From the IMG/VR virus record IMGVR_UViG_2690316176_000005: a DNA stretch of 16,659 bases. One strand, given 5' to 3'. The DNA is from a virus. Lineage: Duplodnaviria; Heunggongvirae; Uroviricota; Caudoviricetes. Below are positions 9,264 to 16,659 of the stretch, piece by piece (position 1 is the first letter of the stretch; each line of letters starts with the position of its first letter). Both the position numbers and the translations under genes were made by a program. Under the pieces are notes generated by a model that worked only from the letters and a program-made list of their open reading frames with translations, searched no databases and was not told the DNA's origin.

Positions 9264-10113
9264 TTCCCGGATCGCTATACGCTATTCCGTTAAAGATAAT
9301 GGGCGGAATAATGATTTGACGGTCAAAGTTATGATCATCGCTGATGGTGACTGTAACCGTCCCGTTTGGTGTTTCCGTATTACCCCACGTACCAGCCTGT
9401 TTCGGGAATGATTTGGATACAGCTTTAACGAAGTCACCTCTGACCTGAGTCGCCTCCAGCATGCCCTTAATCGTACAGTTTTCATTTACCGTGACATTGT
9501 TGAGCGTCCCGGCGTTCGCATTCACACTGCCACTGATATCCGCATTTTTAGCGGTCAGCTTTCCGTCCGGTGTCAGGGAAAATGCCGGTGGATTTCCACC
9601 GCTGGTAATGGTGGGGGCCGTCAGGCGTTTCAGGAACACGTCGTTCATGAATATCTGATCGCCCTGACCAACAAACATCGGTTTTGTGTTGCCATTCGCA
9701 GGATTAACCATCGCAATCCTGTCCGCCGCCAGCAGCACCTGACTCTGCATGCCGTCAGGGGTGTTCTCAATATCCACGATGGCCTCTTTTTCCGGTACAT
9801 GCTGCACGGCGGTGATGGCATACGTGCCGTCATCGTTCTCACGGATACTCACGCAGCGGAACAGGCGCTGGCGCAACGTCGGCAGCTTCAGCCCCCATAC
9901 GCTGTATTCAGCAACGCCGTCAGGAACACGGCTCACTTTCACCTTCACGCCGTCGGTGACGGACTGAACCTCCACGCTGACCGGACTCCCCTGCCCGTCA
10001 ACCAGGCTTATCAGCGTGGTGCCGGAAGATGGCAGCGTGATTTCACGGTCGAGCGTCAGCGTCCGGGTCTGGCTGTTTACCGCCAGCACGCGCCCGCCGG
10101 TGCGGATACCCAA
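9145..10113 (-). pseudogene. J: Remnant of tail-tip / host-specificity protein J: a middle segment joined to a C-terminal segment, with internal deletion
   Basis: [99 protein letters not shown] and ...[46 protein letters not shown]... match lambda J from memory. The several hundred residues that separate these blocks in lambda are missing. The N-terminus is absent, the called start is TTG, and the reading frame runs into stf. Confidence 0.75.
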
Positions 10114-10331
10114 GCTGGAGTGGCGAACGTTTTACCCTTGCTGATGAGGTATTCACTGATTTCGCTGTACCACATGTGGCTGAGTGCATTCTGGGAAAGA
10201 CTGCGTCTCTCGCGCCACGGTTTAAGCACCATGCGAAAGCATTTGCCGTCCTCCAGATAAGGCTGGATCTGCCGACCGATAGCGGTGAAGTTACCGCGAT
10301 GCAATTTGATACCATCTTGTGGGAGGTTCAC
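10077..10331 (-). pseudogene. 5' fragment (~76 codons) of a NinB-family (lambda nin-region) gene, truncated at the junction with the J remnant
   Basis: GTG start with a strong SD (GGAGGTGAAGC-GTG). The motif WRERRSLSQNALSHMWYSEIS resembles lambda NinB ERNRSLDQNRKLWACLGDVS. The ORF ends inside J-homologous DNA. Confidence 0.5.
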
Positions 10332-10525
10332 GCTTCACCTCCGCAGAGATCAAACGCTGGATGCAAAATATCGCAGGTGCATTTCTGCATCTGTGAATGG
10401 AGAAGAGAGGTTGGATTGTATGTGCGCATAAACGTCCCCGTTTAGCGCAGAAGTCACCGGAGTTGTTCAGGCCCCAATGGCATGATTATGGCTGGTTGAT
10501 TATTGGAAATCAAATGTGCTGAAAA

Positions 10526-11035
10526 TTAGTCTGCCAAGTCTTCCTCAGTCGCAACTGGGTAATTCCAAATATCAAAAAAAGCTATAGCCTCCTGCCATTT
10601 GCTCCATAAGTTATCAAGTACTTGTGTAGGTTCCGTACTTTTAAAAACAGAATCAGCCGCATCACCGTTATGAACTTCCTCGTACAGTTCCATTATTAGC
10701 AGATTAACAAAGTACTGTTTCAACATTAATGCCTGATTACCTTCTTTCTGCTGGCTATCCTGCTTGATGATCTCCATCGCCCGTACTAGGCACCTGATGA
10801 TATCCGCTGCATCATTAACGCTCCATTCAGATCCGCGCTTATCTTTAGCTGATGAATTGGCTCTCTCAGCGCAAGCCTTTAAAGACTCATAAAGGTAAAC
10901 TCTATTTTGTAGCTGCAGCGCTTTTTTTGACGTGTACCAACTTGCAAGCGCCGACCCCGCTGCGGCTAATGTGCCAAACGCAGAAATACCTGCTGCTATT
11001 GCACTTAAGTCGGCACTGTCAAAGTTCCACATCAT
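10526..11035 (-). CDS. Hypothetical moron protein, 169 aa, with one predicted N-terminal transmembrane helix
   Basis: Intact ATG ORF in an AT-rich segment. The N-terminal hydrophobic stretch DLSAIAAGISAFGTLAAAGSALASWY is followed by a charged soluble region. A terminator from the upstream unit lies at 11212-11250, so this gene probably has its own promoter. Confidence 0.55.
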   Translation of the reverse strand: MMWNFDSADLSAIAAGISAFGTLAAAGSALASWYTSKKALQLQNRVYLYESLKACAERANSSAKDKRGSEWSVNDAADIIRCLVRAMEIIKQDSQQKEGNQALMLKQYFVNLLIMELYEEVHNGDAADSVFKSTEPTQVLDNLWSKWQEAIAFFDIWNYPVATEEDLAD

Positions 11036-11211
11036 CGTTACACCTTATATAAATACCCCTCAGTAATATCCAATAAGGTATGTGCACAATCAATATAATT
11101 TTATCCGTATCGGCACATAGCGATTTGAACGCTACTGGTAATGGTATATTTTAGATTATATCGTCCAGTTTACAGCACCCGTATTTTATGAAATGGACTC
11201 GCATATTACCC

Positions 11212-11250
11212 AAAAAATGCCAGCACTTCCGTCATCGTAGAATGCTGGCA
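11212..11250 (-). terminator. Rho-independent terminator (perfect 8-bp stem tgccagca/tgctggca, 17-nt loop, then T6 on the minus strand)
   Basis: Minus-strand sequence: tgccagca ttctacgatgacggaag tgctggca tttttt. Confidence 0.55.
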
Positions 11251-11293
11251 GTATTTCTAACTAGTGACTTTATTGGAACAGATTCTGACGGAA

Positions 11294-11593
11294 TTATGGT
11301 AACACTCGACTCCACTTATCATCCAGCCACGGCTGGAATTTTACATGTGCCGTTTCTCTGGCGAGGATTGCTCGCGCTCTGTTGAGTATCTGGGGATATT
11401 CTTGCTCGATAGAAGTAAAGCGGCCGGCTTCGCGGTGCTCCGCAACCTGAAGTAGTGGAGTAACGTTCTGGCAGGCAGTTAACATCACATCACCTGCTCG
11501 CCATAACCAAGCACGTGCACAAAGTTTGTTATCAGTGAATTGTTTTGTGATTGGGTATTGTTGAACTGCTAGAACGAGAACGCCAGCATCCAT
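11294..11593 (-). CDS. Hypothetical protein, 99 aa (low confidence)
   Basis: ATG with an AGGGA 6-10 nt upstream; followed downstream by the 11212-11250 terminator. No family recognised. Confidence 0.3.
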   Translation of the reverse strand: MDAGVLVLAVQQYPITKQFTDNKLCARAWLWRAGDVMLTACQNVTPLLQVAEHREAGRFTSIEQEYPQILNRARAILARETAHVKFQPWLDDKWSRVLP

Positions 11594-11704
11594 TGGCAGT
11601 CCCTATAGTAAAACCATAGCTCAGGACGCTTCGTTCAGGATAGATAATTTTATTGTACTTACCTAACTTTCTTACTATAGCACGGTTGAAAAAGTGATTA
11701 TTAC

Positions 11705-13231
11705 TCAAAAATAAACCTCACCATCAACCATATATTTGAGAGTACTTATCGCCTGCTGGGCGGATATTGTTTTCATTAAAGGATAGTGTTTAAAAACAAT
11801 GCCATTCATAAAATAGATATCACAGGTTTTATTATCTGTATTGATTATGATTTTTTCGAATGTTTTATAGGCAAGTGTACGACATAGCTCTCGCCCATTT
11901 TTACTGGTTAAGTCAATAGCATGAAAATCACCAAGTGAACTCACCGCTTTACTCTTCAAAGTTTTTAATGATACAGAAGCCCTTCGTAATTCCTTATCTA
12001 ATACTCTGATTTTTTCTGCTATAGCGGTAACTTCAGGCGCAACAGATAATGCAGCAATTAAATTATTAATTTTCATCTGGAGCTCAATAATTTTCAACTC
12101 TAAAGTTTCATTAGCATCTTTCTTGTTTTCAACTGGTTGGATTTTACTACAATTAAAAAGCAACTCATTAATGATATTATAATCAACCAAATCTCTCTTT
12201 ATTGATGGCCTGTCACATCGATGCAGTCTTCTCATCGGACAAACATAATAGCCATGCAAACTTCCAGATACCGCATGAACAATCATGGTATTACCACAAG
12301 CCTCGCACTTCATAACTGTTCGAAGTAGATTTATCAACATAGGATTTTTGCTACTATTGCTAATACCAAAAGGTGCCAACCGAATTTCCTGCACAGCGTA
12401 AAACAAATCATCTGATATGACTCTGGGATAATAGCCAGCGATTTCACTTATTCCTTTACCTCTTGCACGATATGAAGGTACGCATATACCTATCAGAGCT
12501 TTATTCGCTAATAATTTTTCAATTACAGAAGGTCCCCATGCACTTTCTTTTCCTGAGAAATTCTTTACAGCATGATCATTTAAATACTTGGCTATTGCAT
12601 TCAATGAGCGCCTTTCCATCCTGAGTTTAAAAATTAGCTCAATAGTTTTCACCCTGTCGGGGTCTGGAACAAAAGCCGTTCTTTTGTCATCCAATGAGAG
12701 CCATCTCGGACAAGACGCCGTCATAATCGTGCCTGACTCCAGTGCATCCTGCCGTTTTTTCTTCCATGATAATTTAACCCGACTTGACTTTATCTCGCTT
12801 TCTTCATTTGCCCTTTGTGCTATAAGTATGGCTTTTATTAATGAATATGGCTCATTCAATGAGTCAATATTATAGACTGTATTATCGCAAAGAGTTATAA
12901 CATCAATACCGTGATTCAAAATCAATTTCAGACGCTCAATCGCCTCACCGACTTTTTCTCTTGAAAGTCTGTCCAGACTTTCAACTAACAATGTAGTCCC
13001 TGGCAATATATAACCATGTTCTATAGCATCTAAAAATTCCGAAAAAGCTCCTGATTGTGCATGCTTTCCATTGAATGCGCTTAACCCCAAATCTTCATAC
13101 GTTACGGTATCAAGGTAATAATCACTATTTACCTTTAGCCATTCAGTAATAAGCCTTCTCTGGCGGTTTAATGAATCACCAGACATCTGACTTGGTGATG
13201 AAAATCGCATATATGCTATGGCTTTTTTCAT
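11705..13231 (-). CDS. ybcK: Large serine recombinase (resolvase/invertase-type catalytic domain, recombinase domain and Cys-rich zinc ribbon), 508 aa; YbcK-like as in prophage DLP12
   Basis: N-terminal AIAYMRFSSPSQ...GDSLNRQ carries the serine-recombinase catalytic Ser/Arg motifs. A C-x2-C...C-x-C cluster (MKCEACGNT...YYVCPMRRLHRC) is present. Its size and position next to emrE-ren-P match the DLP12 arrangement. Confidence 0.8.
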   Translation of the reverse strand: MKKAIAYMRFSSPSQMSGDSLNRQRRLITEWLKVNSDYYLDTVTYEDLGLSAFNGKHAQSGAFSEFLDAIEHGYILPGTTLLVESLDRLSREKVGEAIERLKLILNHGIDVITLCDNTVYNIDSLNEPYSLIKAILIAQRANEESEIKSSRVKLSWKKKRQDALESGTIMTASCPRWLSLDDKRTAFVPDPDRVKTIELIFKLRMERRSLNAIAKYLNDHAVKNFSGKESAWGPSVIEKLLANKALIGICVPSYRARGKGISEIAGYYPRVISDDLFYAVQEIRLAPFGISNSSKNPMLINLLRTVMKCEACGNTMIVHAVSGSLHGYYVCPMRRLHRCDRPSIKRDLVDYNIINELLFNCSKIQPVENKKDANETLELKIIELQMKINNLIAALSVAPEVTAIAEKIRVLDKELRRASVSLKTLKSKAVSSLGDFHAIDLTSKNGRELCRTLAYKTFEKIIINTDNKTCDIYFMNGIVFKHYPLMKTISAQQAISTLKYMVDGEVYF

Positions 13232-13486
13232 GGTGACACCTGCTAAAGTATGCTTTTATAAACCTTAGTGGTGAGATATGATTTTTGTTTAATTTTTATT
13301 TAAAAAGACAATTAAGGTCACATTATCTTGAATATACAACAATAATCGTATTGCAATTTTCTTACACCATAATCTTGAAAGCACAAAAGAATGAATAAAA
13401 ACTAAAGACATTAACAAAAAGCATAAAACGAGGCCCATATAAATATACGAGCCTCCATATTTTAGTCGTTTAAAAACAAATTATTT

Positions 13487-13819
13487 TTAATGTGGTGTGC
13501 TTCGTGACAATAAATTAATAACCAACACACCGGCACAAATCAACATCATGCCTATAATGGCTGGCAGGTCCAACCGTTGGCCGAAAAATCCCCATGATAG
13601 TAAGCTAATCAGGACAATACCGACTCCTGACCAGATAGCATAAGCAATCCCTGTAGGAATATAAGCCAGCGTCTGAGCTAATAACCAGAATGATGCACAA
13701 TAACAAATAATTGTACCAACAGATGGCCATAACCGTGTAAAACCTTCTGAAAACTTCATTAAGGTTGTACCAATGACCTCTGCAAGTATTGCACCACCAA
13801 GATAAATATAAGGATTCAT
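13487..13819 (-). CDS. emrE: Small multidrug resistance (SMR) efflux transporter EmrE, 110 aa
   Basis: MNPYIYLGGAILAEVIGTTLMKFSEGFTRLWPSVGTIICYCASFWLLAQTLAYIPTGIAYAIWSGVGIVLISLLSWGFFGQRLDLPAIIGMMLICAGVLVINLLSRSTPH matches EmrE. The ORF-track ORF extends 18 codons upstream, but the true start is the internal ATG at 13817-13819. Confidence 0.9.
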   Translation of the reverse strand: MNPYIYLGGAILAEVIGTTLMKFSEGFTRLWPSVGTIICYCASFWLLAQTLAYIPTGIAYAIWSGVGIVLISLLSWGFFGQRLDLPAIIGMMLICAGVLVINLLSRSTPH

Positions 13820-13886
13820 AGCATATTCTTTCCTGTTCAAACTGGAGAGAATTGTACTACAGTTTGAACTCAACTCACCTGTTTCA

Positions 13887-14189
13887 TCATTGTGTACCCA
13901 TTGATGTTCTTTTATATACCCTCAATACCCGTTTCATCGCGGCACTCTGGCGACACTCCTTAAAAATCAAATTCGTGCTCACCTTTCCTTCCCATTCTTC
14001 TCTGGTAGCGAACCGATAATACACCGTTCGCCAGACCTTACCATCAACGACCAGGATTCCTGCCCGCGCCATTTTAGCCGCAGCCTGATTTATGCTGGTT
14101 ACCGTTGCGCCTGTTACCGCGGCAACGTCCTGCGCACAGAATTTCTTATGAGTCCCCAGGTAATGAATAATTGACTCTTTGCCCGTCAT
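13887..14189 (-). CDS. ren: Lambda Ren-like protein (Rex exclusion escape), 100 aa
   Basis: MTGKESIIHYLGTHKKFCAQDVAAVTGATVTSINQAAAKMARAGILVVDGKVWRTVYYRFATRE... matches lambda Ren from memory. Its start overlaps the P stop, as in lambda. Confidence 0.75.
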   Translation of the reverse strand: MTGKESIIHYLGTHKKFCAQDVAAVTGATVTSINQAAAKMARAGILVVDGKVWRTVYYRFATREEWEGKVSTNLIFKECRQSAAMKRVLRVYKRTSMGTQ

Positions 14190-14887
14190 ACCCTTGCTCC
14201 TTTCAGCCCAAACTTAGCTTTGATTTCTGCGATCTTCGCCAGAGCCTGTGCACGATTTAGAGGTCTACCGCCCATGACAGGAAGTTGTTTTACTGGTTCA
14301 GGTATAGCCTCACCACGGTTAATTCGTGCGGTCATACAGGACAGTTCATCGGCAGCCTTGCGCCGTAATTCCGCGTCAGTCAACGCATTGGCCCGCATGT
14401 TCTGATACAGGTTGGTAACCAGCCAGTAGTGCGCGTTTGATTTCCACGGATAAGACTCTGCATCCGGATACAGCCCGCGCTTCCGGCAATACTCGTAAAC
14501 CATATCAACCAGCTCGCTGGCGTTTGGCAGCCCGGCGGTAACGGATGCTTCTTCCCGGCACCAGGCGACAAACTGCCCGGGTGATGGCAGGAATGGTCGA
14601 TTCTGCCGACGGGCTACGCGCATTCCAGCGTTAACCTGTTCCATTGTGGTGATCCCGTTTTCCCGAAAAGCCAGCACCCACTGGCGGCGGATTTCGTTCA
14701 GTTCATTCTGGTCACGGTTAGCCAGGCTCGCCGGGAAAGTTGCCAGTAACTGGCTGAACACACCGTTGATGATCTGCGCTACCTGCTGTACCTGTGGCTT
14801 TTCGTCGTACTGTTCCGGCATGTTGTTGGCGATCCGACGCATCTGCTCACGGTCAAAGTTAACCATCTGTGCGGCGATGTTTTTCAT
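14186..14887 (-). CDS. P: Lambda replication protein P (DnaB helicase loader), 233 aa, apparently intact
   Basis: MKNIAAQMVNFDREQMRRIANNMPEQYDEKPQVQQVAQIINGVF...AKIAEIKAKFGLKGARV is near-identical to lambda P as I recall it. The start overlaps the O stop. Confidence 0.9.
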   Translation of the reverse strand: MKNIAAQMVNFDREQMRRIANNMPEQYDEKPQVQQVAQIINGVFSQLLATFPASLANRDQNELNEIRRQWVLAFRENGITTMEQVNAGMRVARRQNRPFLPSPGQFVAWCREEASVTAGLPNASELVDMVYEYCRKRGLYPDAESYPWKSNAHYWLVTNLYQNMRANALTDAELRRKAADELSCMTARINRGEAIPEPVKQLPVMGGRPLNRAQALAKIAEIKAKFGLKGARV

Positions 14888-15168
14888 AGATCCACCCCGT
14901 AAATCCAGTCAGTGTTTGTCAGGTCGAGTTTTGGTTTGCCGACTGTCACGCCAGCCTGTTGCTTGTTCCGGTTGATTTCGAGCTGGGTCCACTTGTCGCG
15001 GAGTTTGGCCGGACTCAGCACGTTACCGGACCAGAAGTTGTCCTGGCAGGCCCAGCGGAACAGTACACACATGTCGCGGTGGTTACGTCCATCACGTTCA
15101 CGCATCAGACGGATATCGTTACCGGGATCGACGTGAGAGCTGTCGAACAGGGGGATGATGCGTGGCAC
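14884..15168 (-). pseudogene. O: C-terminal fragment of lambda replication initiator O; the N-terminal ori-binding domain and ori iterons are absent
   Basis: ...[78 protein letters not shown] matches the O C-terminus from memory. Real O homology probably stops near 15110; codons above that are just the antisense of exo. No TCCCTCAAAACGAGGGA-type iterons were seen. Confidence 0.6.
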
Positions 15169-15774
15169 AAATTACGGCTCGGCGTCATCACCGCTTCAGA
15201 AGTTCACAACGTGATAGCAAAGCCCCGCTCAGGAAAGAAGTGGCCTGACATGAAAATGTCCTACTTCCACACCCTGCTTGCCGAGGTTTGCACCGGTGTG
15301 GCTCCGGAAGTTAACGCTAAAGCACTGGCCTGGGGAAAACAGTACGAGAACGACGCCAGAACCCTGTTTGAGTTCACTTCCGGCGTAAATGTTATTGAAT
15401 CCCCGATCATCTATCGCGACGAAAGTATGCGCACCGCCTGCTCTCCCGATGGTTTATGCAGTGACGGCAATGGCCTTGAACTGAAATGCCCGTTTACCTC
15501 CCGGGATTTCATGAAGTTCCGGCTCGGTGGTTTCGAGGCCATAAAGTCGGCTTACATGGCCCAGGTGCAGTACAGCATGTGGGTGACGCGAAAAGATGCC
15601 TGGTACTTTGCCAACTATGACCCGCGTATGAAGCGTGAAGGCCTGCATTATGTCGTGGTTGAGCGGGATGAAAAGTACATGGCGAATTTTGACGAGATGG
15701 TGCCGGAGTTCATCGAAAAAATGGACGAGGCACTGGCTGAAATTGGTTTTGTATTTGGGGAGCAATGGCGATGA
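15079..15774 (+). CDS. exo: Lambda exonuclease (Exo / Red-alpha), complete apart from the first ~3-6 codons and native start
   Basis: From about 15112 the translation ...[85 protein letters not shown]...[14 protein letters not shown] matches lambda Exo. The native ATG/RBS is replaced by the O' junction; the nearest in-frame start is GTG at 15079. Confidence 0.8.
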   Translation: MVTSITFTHQTDIVTGIDVRAVEQGDDAWHKLRLGVITASEVHNVIAKPRSGKKWPDMKMSYFHTLLAEVCTGVAPEVNAKALAWGKQYENDARTLFEFTSGVNVIESPIIYRDESMRTACSPDGLCSDGNGLELKCPFTSRDFMKFRLGGFEAIKSAYMAQVQYSMWVTRKDAWYFANYDPRMKREGLHYVVVERDEKYMANFDEMVPEFIEKMDEALAEIGFVFGEQWR

Positions 15775-15929
15775 CGCATCCTCACGATAATATCCGGGTA
15801 GGCGCGATCACTTTCGTCTACTCCATTACAAAGCGAGGCTGGGTATTTCCCGGCCTTTCTGTTATCAGAAATCCACTGAAAGCACAGCGGCTGGCTGAGA
15901 AGATAAATAACAAACAGGAGGATATATGA
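15771..15929 (+). CDS. Small ORF, 52 aa, homologous to the lambda ORF immediately downstream of exo (orf60a-like)
   Basis: [52 protein letters not shown]; its ATG overlaps the exo stop (ATGA). The DNA matches the lambda post-exo sequence as I recall it up to about 15905-15920. Absent from the ORF track because it is under 60 aa. Confidence 0.5.
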   Translation: MTHPHDNIRVGAITFVYSITKRGWVFPGLSVIRNPLKAQRLAEKINNKQEDI

Positions 15930-16545
15930 GTCAGGTTGGTAATCATTCATTCGAATTTCCGGCATCGCAAGGTGTACAGGGTGGTACTGTTACACTCTTC
16001 CTTACCATACCAGGAAGATCGCTGGCTCGTTTCCTCGCTTCAGATAATTACGGCCATACACTGGAACGCTCTCAGCGAGAAATTAATCCAAATCGAGTAC
16101 GAAAATTTTTAAATTATCTCACTAACGCAGACTCAAGAAATGAGCCTTTTATCATTCCCCCTCTCGTAGGTAACTGTGATTCGAATATAGAATTTGTACC
16201 GTTTGGCAACACAAATGTTGGTATAGCCAGAATTCCCCTCGACGCCGAAATAAAACTTTTTGATGGTCAACATCGTGCAGCTGGCATTGAGATATTTTGC
16301 CGAAGTTCCCCATCAACGCTCATGGTTCCCATGATGCTTACAATGAATCTGCCGCTAAAAACCCGGCAGCAGTTCTTTTCGGACATAAATAACAACGTTT
16401 CTAAGCCATCAGCGACCATCAATATGGCGTATAACGGCCGGGATGATATTGCTCAGGGAATGATATCCTTCCTGACCCAACATACTGTATTTGCCGATAT
16501 AACCGATTTTGAACACAACGTAGTGCCATTAAAAAGTAATATGTG
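15926..16545 (+). pseudogene. DGQHR-motif (DndB-like, ParB/Srx-fold) protein gene, 3'-truncated by IS insertion at about codon 206
   Basis: ATG overlaps the preceding stop (ATGA). The conserved LFDGQHRAAGIEI motif lies at residues 112-120 (nt 16259-16285). The last 16 codons of the 222-aa track ORF are read from the IS left end, so the native C-terminus is missing. Confidence 0.6.
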
Positions 16546-16659
16546 TGAACCGCCCCGGGAATCCTGGAGACTAAACTTCCTGAGAAAGAGGTAAACAGGA
16601 TGACTAAAAATACTCGTTTTTCCCCCGAAGTCCGTCAACGGGCAGTCCGTATGGTTCTG
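16546..16659 (+). mobile_element. Left end of an IS3-family insertion sequence (IS629 / IS1203-like), partial; continues beyond the window
   Basis: Terminal TGAACCGCCCCGGGAATCCTGGAGACT..., followed after about 50 nt by an orfA start whose product matches IS629 OrfA from memory. Confidence 0.75.
16600..16659 (+). CDS. IS3-family transposase OrfA, N-terminal 20 codons (partial)
   Basis: MTKNTRFSPEVRQRAVRMVL matches the N-terminus of IS629/IS1203 OrfA as I recall it. Confidence 0.75.
   Translation, partial: MTKNTRFSPEVRQRAVRMVL

Noticed and set aside
10345-10400. Imperfect inverted repeat ATGCAAAAT...ATTTCTGCAT upstream of the ninB-like start as an operator
   Set aside because: It is a short, imperfect palindrome of a kind common in AT-rich DNA, and no cognate regulator is in the window.
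9113-10445. Short ORFs overlapping the J remnant and ninB-like fragment (9113..9319, 9220..9411, 9282..9485, 9461..9658, 9645..9842, 9749..9967, 9799..10260, 10043..10315, 10176..10445)
   Set aside because: They are alternative frames or antisense of J-homologous DNA; only the J and ninB-like frames carry homology.
14959-15078. The first ~40 codons of track ORF 14959..15774 as part of exo
   Set aside because: Exo homology begins only at about 15103-15112. The upstream open frame is antisense to the O C-terminal fragment and is probably fortuitous.
14220-15965. ORFs antisense to P, O' and exo (14220..14405, 14380..14571, 14646..14975, 14912..15136, 15454..15765, 15648..15965)
   Set aside because: They overlap strongly supported lambda-homologous genes on the opposite strand or in another frame.
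1-16659. CRISPR array, rRNA, or lambda ori iterons
   Set aside because: No regularly spaced direct repeats with unique spacers, no rRNA-like sequence and no TCCCTCAAAACGAGGGA-type iteron cluster were visible by eye.

Overview
The window looks like the right-hand end of a heavily decayed, mosaic lambdoid cryptic prophage integrated at the 3' end of icd (the e14-type site), plus the adjacent host genes. All identifications rest on my own reading of the translations and on recalled protein sequences; nothing was searched against a database. Left to right: a YcgX-like ORF and iraM (+); a 53-codon duplicated icd 3' fragment with its terminator (-), which I take to be the attachment-site scar; an AT-rich McrBC-family type IV restriction pair (-) sitting where e14 carries mcrA; tail-fibre assembly and side-tail-fibre genes (-); a J tail-tip remnant fused to a ninB-like 5' fragment; two AT-rich moron-like ORFs; a DLP12-like block of large serine recombinase, emrE, ren, P and an O C-terminal fragment (-); then exo, an orf60a-like ORF and a DGQHR-motif gene (+) that is cut by the left end of an IS629-like IS3-family element at the window edge. 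The strongest candidates for something undescribed are the McrB-like GTPase with a long unassigned N-terminal domain, the IS-disrupted DGQHR gene and a single-TM moron with its own terminator. I saw no CRISPR array, rRNA or complete tRNA. Several ORF-track starts are GTG/TTG, so 5' ends are approximate.
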